Assembly: GCA_965153355.1 (NCBI GenBank)
Contig: OZ231126.1
Span: 43,214,001-43,278,000, forward strand
Reading direction: 5' to 3'
DNA length: 64,000 nt
DNA from: Flaccisagitta enflata
Taxonomy: Eukaryota
Shown: one piece after another, positions 57,910-64,000 of the stretch
Position numbering within the stretch: position 1 is the first letter of the stretch
Layout: every line of letters starts with the position of its first letter
Program-made: the position numbers and the translations under genes
Notes under the pieces: generated by a model
Database searches by the model: none
Told to the model about the DNA's origin: nothing
The model's input: only the letters and a program-made list of their open reading frames with translations

Positions 57910-58472
57910 CAGTAGATCTCGCCTAGACTTGAGATAACGGGGGCAAGCATTGTCGAAAAACAAATGAAGCCAAAAGAGTGATATTTGAAACATAGACTAA
58001 CAAAGGGATGATTTATTGCCCATGAAAGCTGGTTGCCATGGAAACACATTTCTAAGTATTTTCGCTAAAATATCAATATTTTCAGAAATTTTTTGAGGGA
58101 ACATTTTTTATAATCAAATTTGCTACAACTTTTTTACAGTATGTTCTGTAAGAATGTCGCTGGGTTATCGGTTGCTAGGGGTTGTCACACATGGTTACGC
58201 CCCCTAGCAATGGCCAAACAAGTGACATTTATACAGAACATACTGTGAGGAAGTTGTAGCATATCTGATTTTTAAGCAATGTTCCCTTAAAAAATCTCTC
58301 AAAATATGATATTTTAGTGAGAATACATGGAAATGTGTTTTCATGGCAACCAGCTATCATTGGAAATTAAGCATCTTTTGATTAATCTATAATCCAAATA
58401 TCGCTCCTCGGCCTTCATTCGTCTTTCCACAATGCTTACCCCCGTTATCTCAAGTTTAGACAAGATCTACTG
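57910..58472. mobile_element. Fold-back MITE, TA TSD, 563 bp
   Basis: TA|CAGTAGATCTCGCCTAGACTTGAGATAACGGGGG...CCCCCGTTATCTCAAGTTTAGACAAGATCTACTG|TA; symmetric to the centre near 58190. Confidence 0.92.
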
Positions 58473-59452
58473 TATCTTATTTACTTCACCAATCACCATT
58501 ATGTTTCTTAATCAAATACCAATCTCTGCTTGTTTGATTTCCATACCCAATGCTACTTAGCTACTTATCTTTATAAGAACCATCCTAATGATGGAGTGCC
58601 AATTGATTTATCTGGGAATTAAGGTGCGTTTCTAGTCATAGATAACCGTGGGCAATTTGGTCAGTCGCTGCATTCATTCGCTTGCGCCACTCATGTACTC
58701 ACTTCCCTCACTTGTAACAGTATTGAAATTCATAAATCATGCTGTAAACGCGATTGACGGAAATGATCGCGACTGTTGTCGTTTCTAGTCTAGAAACACG
58801 CCGTCAGTATAATATTCTGTATCATACAGTTCATTCATATGTAACACCTCTCACAAAATTAGGCGAACTGGGATCGGAACATGTCCATAATTGCATTTTT
58901 AAAGTCCAAAACAGGAGTCTGAGATAGGGATAATTATGAGATATGTTATTCCCATGAAAACTTCAAATCATGTCGACCAATAGCTGTAAATGGCTTCATA
59001 AGATGATATCATGGAAATTTTAGGTTTAATTTAGCTTCAATTTTTTCGCTTAAACCGATCTATTTGAAAAGGGGTTTCAATATTTTTTTCAGCTGTCACT
59101 GACTGTACGTTGGTACTGTTGACTAATTGTTGTCTGTTTGTGATACAAAAACCCAGGAATTGATGTTTTCTTGCCTTTTTCATGATAAATCTTGGGCAGG
59201 TTTATGTTGTCTAATCATCAAAGATTTCCTCGTCAAAATCAGTCAAAATCATTCACTGGATTTTTGGCATAACACTTTCTTAGAGCTACGTACTTTCCCA
59301 TGTGCACAATTTTGCCCCAGTTTACGAGAATACTATATTTTAGCTCCCTTTGTGTCAAATTTCAGCCCACTGAATGCATTATTTCTATCAATTTCGATCA
59401 TTTCGCCAGTTCGTTTAATTATGTGAGAGGTGTTATTGGTTCATTTTCATAC

Positions 59453-59682
59453 CTTGAGATGAGGCGGATGAAGATGATGTTGATGATATTGATGATGATT
59501 GGAAAGACGTGGGGGCGAAGGAAGAAGTTGTGTTGTCTTCCTTCAATGATGAGTATTCAGGATTGGAGACGAGCACTTCGCCTTCACTGAAAGCTTCACC
59601 GCCGCTGAGTCGAGAGGACAAGGAATCCAACCCGGAACTGCCCGCCAACTCGACGATGTTGCGCGACTTCTCCTCGACAGCT
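59453..59682 (-). CDS. Candidate internal coding exon, Ser-rich, product unknown (AVEEKSRNIVELAGSSGLDSLSSRLSGGEAFSEGEVLVSNPEYSSLKEDNTTSSFAPTSFQSSSISSTSSSSASSQ)
   Basis: GC-richer non-repetitive 230-nt open stretch with a good donor AAG|GTATGA at 59453/59452. The acceptor TAG is weak. No homology recognised. Confidence 0.35.
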
Positions 59683-59699
59683 CTACCAGCATGTCGTGT

Positions 59700-59984
<285 letters not shown>

Positions 59985-60594
59985 GGTGGGGGGTTTAATT
60001 TGAGGCCTGAGAGAGCTGATTTGGAGACTGAGGGGAGACCTGACAGTGCCGACTTGAGGCCAGATATATAATGGGGCTTGGAGATCTGAGAGAGATGATT
60101 TGAGGTCAACACCCAAATTGCGTCTAATACTTTGCATTTCTACAGTAATATAATTGAAAACTTGATGTGAATAATTAATAAACAACTAGAACTTAATCTA
60201 GATCTGAATTTCGAGCTCGTGGTGTCAATCGTCAACCTCATCTCAACTTTCAATTTCAGTCAAGCGTCATTAGAAGGTGATTTCAAGGAATCATCTAATT
60301 TCTATGCCTGCTAGGCCAGTTGCTTTATTAATATTACCGAGCAAGGGCATCCTTGTCTATGAAAAAAATGTTGTTTTCAATATATCTTATAAAAACAAGA
60401 TCAACTTGGTTTTTTGTCAGGGGCTGCTCACTTTTAAGCATTAGTAAATTGCTTATCATCTTTGAACCTTTATAGCTTGTATGTATGTATGTATGCCCCT
60501 GCCCACCCGTCCGCTACATAATTGTTACCCCGGGTTACTTGTTTGATAATTGGTTTTACCATAATCAACAATAGTAACAGTACAAAATAGTATA

Positions 60595-61163
60595 CAGTAG
60601 ATGTCGTGTAGACTTGGAAATATGGGGGATTTCATATTAGGAAAAATGAATAGAACAGATTGACATTTAGAATATAAACCAATAAAAGGATGCTTTATTG
60701 ACAATGGGTGTCGCTTGAAATAGAAACACATTTCTATATATTACTGCTAAGACATTTATATTTTGAAAAATTTTTTTTGAGAGATCATTGCTTAAAATCA
60801 AATTTGCCGCAACTTTCTCAATATGTTCTATAAGAATATCTCTCATATGGCCGTTACTAAAGAGCCTAACTATGTGCGACAGCCCTGTGATACTCCTTAG
60901 CAACTGCAAAGTAAGCAATATTCTTATAGAATATATTACAAAAAAAGTTATAGCAAATTTTTTTTTAATAATGTTTCTTAAAAAATTTCTCAAAATATTG
61001 ATATATTAGTGGGAATATATAGGATTATGTTTTAACGGTAACCAACACTCATTATCAATAAAAAATCATTTTACTAGTTTACATTTTAAATATCAATCTT
61101 TTATGTATATTTATCTTCCAAATATGAATTCCCCATATTTCCAAGTTTAGACAACATCTACTG
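60595..61163. mobile_element. Fold-back MITE, TA TSD, 569 bp; diverged relative of 57910-58472
   Basis: TA|CAGTAGATGTCGTGTAGACTTGGAAATATGGGGGA...TCCCCATATTTCCAAGTTTAGACAACATCTACTG|TA. Confidence 0.9.
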
Positions 61164-61288
61164 TACCGATATCAAAACATTCACGTCGTCTCAAGAAATT
61201 CAGCATGGCCATGGGTGTCTGTTGAACGAAAACAAATACCTTAACAGACCACTTTCTTGAATTTCATCCCCCAGCCCCATTTGTAAAC

Positions 61289-61500
61289 TAGACAGGATAC
61301 ACGGCTACCCAAGTCACGTGCGGGTGGGCATGGTCAGTTATACAAAAAGGCATAGCAAATATTTGAGATTGGGCAGAAATGCAAAAACCGCCCAAAGAGC
61401 AAAGTGGGACCGACAGGTTGACCAATCGAGTGACGGACCGACCGACGAACGGCACACCGACCAAACGACGGACTGTATCACCCGTCCAAGAATACACTTG
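61289..61500 (-). mobile_element. HINE-like family A element, diverged
   Basis: GGATACACGGCTACCCAAGTCACGTGCGGGTGGGCA...TTGGGCAG...(GACC)n. Confidence 0.65.
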
Positions 61501-61885
61501 CTAAGCTAGGATGGCTGTAAAACTCATTTTAACAAGACTTTTGCTTTTCCGACAAATCGGCGGATCCCGGATTCGCCAATTTGATAGACCAATGAAAACG
61601 AATCATTTCAGCAGGTAAGGTTAGTTGGTTGAGCTTTGTTGGTTTAACTTGGTTATCGACTGCCCAGCGGAGCAGTCAGGTGAGCTCAAAACAACACTGG
61701 GATTTGAGTCATGACTTGCAAACTTGCAAACATTATAAAAGTACTCTGTTATCTCCTTCAATAAATCTCGTCGTTATGCGGTCGGTCGGTCAGTCGGTCT
61801 GTAAGATTTAACTCCAGGCACAAAGTTTGACCAACGAACTCAATCTTTTTTTGGTATTTGCGATGAATTCAATAAATATAAAATA

Positions 61886-62309
61886 CACGCTATATTTTGT
61901 CTAAGAACACTGTTTATAAGAACATCAGCCTCAGATTTGGTGAAAAAATAAGAACATCCTAAGAACATGCCCAGGCTCAGATGTTCTTTAGTACTTTTGA
62001 TTTGAATTCTTAACAAAACTATGAAAGAAAGTTGTACAGAATTGAATCCTCCAACCTAAATAATTCAATCAGTTACTTTCTCATTTACATTGTTTTTAAA
62101 TTCTATGATTTGCAAAGATAAAATTTTATATGGACCAAGAATAAAAAATATCTTTTTCATTTAATTAAATAACAAGCAACTTTGATAAAGAATTTTCAAT
62201 GGTACAAAAATAAGACTAGGTTAAGAACGTTTAAGCCTTAAAATTAGCTTAGAATAAGAACGCTGAGCCCCACTTCAAAAAACTGTGTTCTTATAAAAAA
62301 TACGGCGTG
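61886..62309. mobile_element. TA-flanked MITE (CAC...TAAG-R-RAC group), 424 bp
   Basis: TA|CACGCTATATTTTGTCTAAGAACAC versus reverse complement CACGCCGTATTTTTTATAAGAACAC|TA. Multiple subterminal TAAGAAC motifs. Confidence 0.82.
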
Positions 62310-62404
62310 TAATCTTCAATGTTATGTACAGTGGTAAAGCACTCGGAACTGCACTGCGCAATCTCTCATTCACTCATTCTGTGTGTCTGTAGGTCTTTAC
62401 CCAT

Positions 62405-62407
<3 letters not shown>

Positions 62408-62466
<59 letters not shown>

Positions 62467-62491
62467 GTCTCTCTCTCTCTCTGTCTCTCTC

Positions 62492-62555
<64 letters not shown>
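62408..62555. repeat. (CT)n microsatellite
   Basis: Directly visible. Confidence 0.96.
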
Positions 62556-62559
<4 letters not shown>

Positions 62560-63245
62560 CCCCGCGCGCCTGCCTGAACCGCAGACATGAACACGTTTCA
62601 AAACGGAAAACACGAGTATTGATTTTCCAAGCTGGTTACTGTTACATATTAGCGCTTATTATTCTATGGAATCATGAGAATATAAAAAGTGACGGAGTGT
62701 CACAATATTGTTGCGGATGGGTGAGCAGTGGCATACAACCTCATCCATACCCTCCCCCATATCCATCCAATGCAAGGTTTGCTCACACACACAGACTTTT
62801 TGTACATAATACAATAAAAAAATGTACAAACGTGTCAATGGTATTTATGGTCTTTTATTTACTGCTACAGTGAACCATTTTGGACGCCTACATCAAATGA
62901 GACTTCATTTGTCACTACTCAATCTCATTTGTAGCAACTTCATCTCCTTCGAATGATCTTTCCTTACAATTACAATCTTGACGAACTAATCTCGATTAGC
63001 CATTTGGGAGTAAGAAGCTGTGTTTTTTTTTCTCGTTGCTTCCATCGACATTTTGATTTTGACTTTCTTGTACACCTTTGTGTATGGCTCCCTTCCGTTT
63101 ACATCTTCGGTTCTTCGTTTTACTCATCTAGCCCGGTAAGTGTATATATTTTATATCTTATTTGTTGTTTTTTCTCTTTCACGCTTACAGAAAAAGGGAA
63201 CAAGAAAGAAAAAGCGCATATGGACTTATGGTATACGGCGTTCTA

Positions 63246-63797
63246 CACCGTCTTCGGATCGGACTGTGAAATGCAAAACCTTATAGCTCCTAAACCACTA
63301 GGAAAAGTCAGAAATTTTTCAGTGAATATTGATAACATAAAAAAGACGTTGTGTCGGTCTGCATCATGTAATATAGAAAAAGGTGAGGGGAAAACAAAAT
63401 ATTGAGTGAACATCCATTTTTTAAGCAAAATGGTTTTTTTTACCCGTTTTTTTAGAAGGTGCTGTTTTTCTCTCAGAATATGCAGCAAATCGATAATACA
63501 TAAGTTAACATCTTTCAACAAAAATAAATCCTAGAGTTTTTTGTTGAAATGCAAAGCAATTTCAAGCAGATAGAGACAATTCCTTTTTAAGGAAATGGGG
63601 AAAAATTGATCTTAATTAAAAATGGGTTTGCTTTCAATATTTTGTTTTCCCCTCACCTTTTTTATATTATGATCTGAGCTTTGACATGCAAAAACCGTCA
63701 CATGTTACAAATATTCATTGAAAATTTCATGATTTTTTTCCTAGTGGTCTAGGAGCTACAAAGGTTTTGCATTTCACAGTCCGATCCGAAGACGGTG
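63246..63797. mobile_element. Fold-back MITE, TA TSD, 552 bp
   Basis: Perfect 37-bp TIR CACCGTCTTCGGATCGGACTGTGAAATGCAAAACCTT. TA at 63244-5 and 63798-9. Imperfect symmetry continues for >200 bp. Confidence 0.93.
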
Positions 63798-64000
63798 TAT
63801 GAAGAAATGTAAACAAAAGTATCTTAAAGCGGGTACCCAGTTGCACGAATAGAACCTTTTCAGGCATCAATTCGATTCCATTGCATTGGCTAGGAAAACG
63901 CATGAATATTTGCGCAACAAATTTAGGGAATCTAATGGCGGCTCAGTTATGCTCTTATTGCTAAAACTTTTAAAAGCGCAACATTTTTAGTGTTACAGTG

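Overview
This is repeat-dense eukaryotic non-coding DNA, probably from an invertebrate animal (species not identifiable), and looks intronic or intergenic. I recognise no protein-coding gene, tRNA, rRNA or CRISPR array, and nearly all listed ORFs are translations of microsatellites. The window has four main components. (i) Very abundant simple repeats (AG, AC, AAAG, ATTC, AAC, AAG). (ii) More than 20 copies or fragments of short non-autonomous elements with DINE-1/HINE (Helentron-associated) architecture, in at least two families, several carrying internal minisatellites. (iii) About 15 non-autonomous TIR elements with readable target duplications: TA-flanked Tc1/mariner-type MITEs (five are near-complete 550-600 bp fold-backs), three hAT-type MITEs with 8-bp TSDs, one TTAA-flanked Kolobok-like element, and one TIR element carrying mixed CCCTAA/CCTAA telomere-like repeats. 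(iv) Two structured tandem arrays, a 29-bp conserved-core/variable-linker array at 1.6-2.0 kb and a 2.5-kb hierarchical satellite at 54.7-57.2 kb. One plausible minus-strand coding exon (59453-59682) and one weaker candidate are reported at low confidence. Superfamily assignments rest on termini and TSDs only, because no transposase is encoded here.
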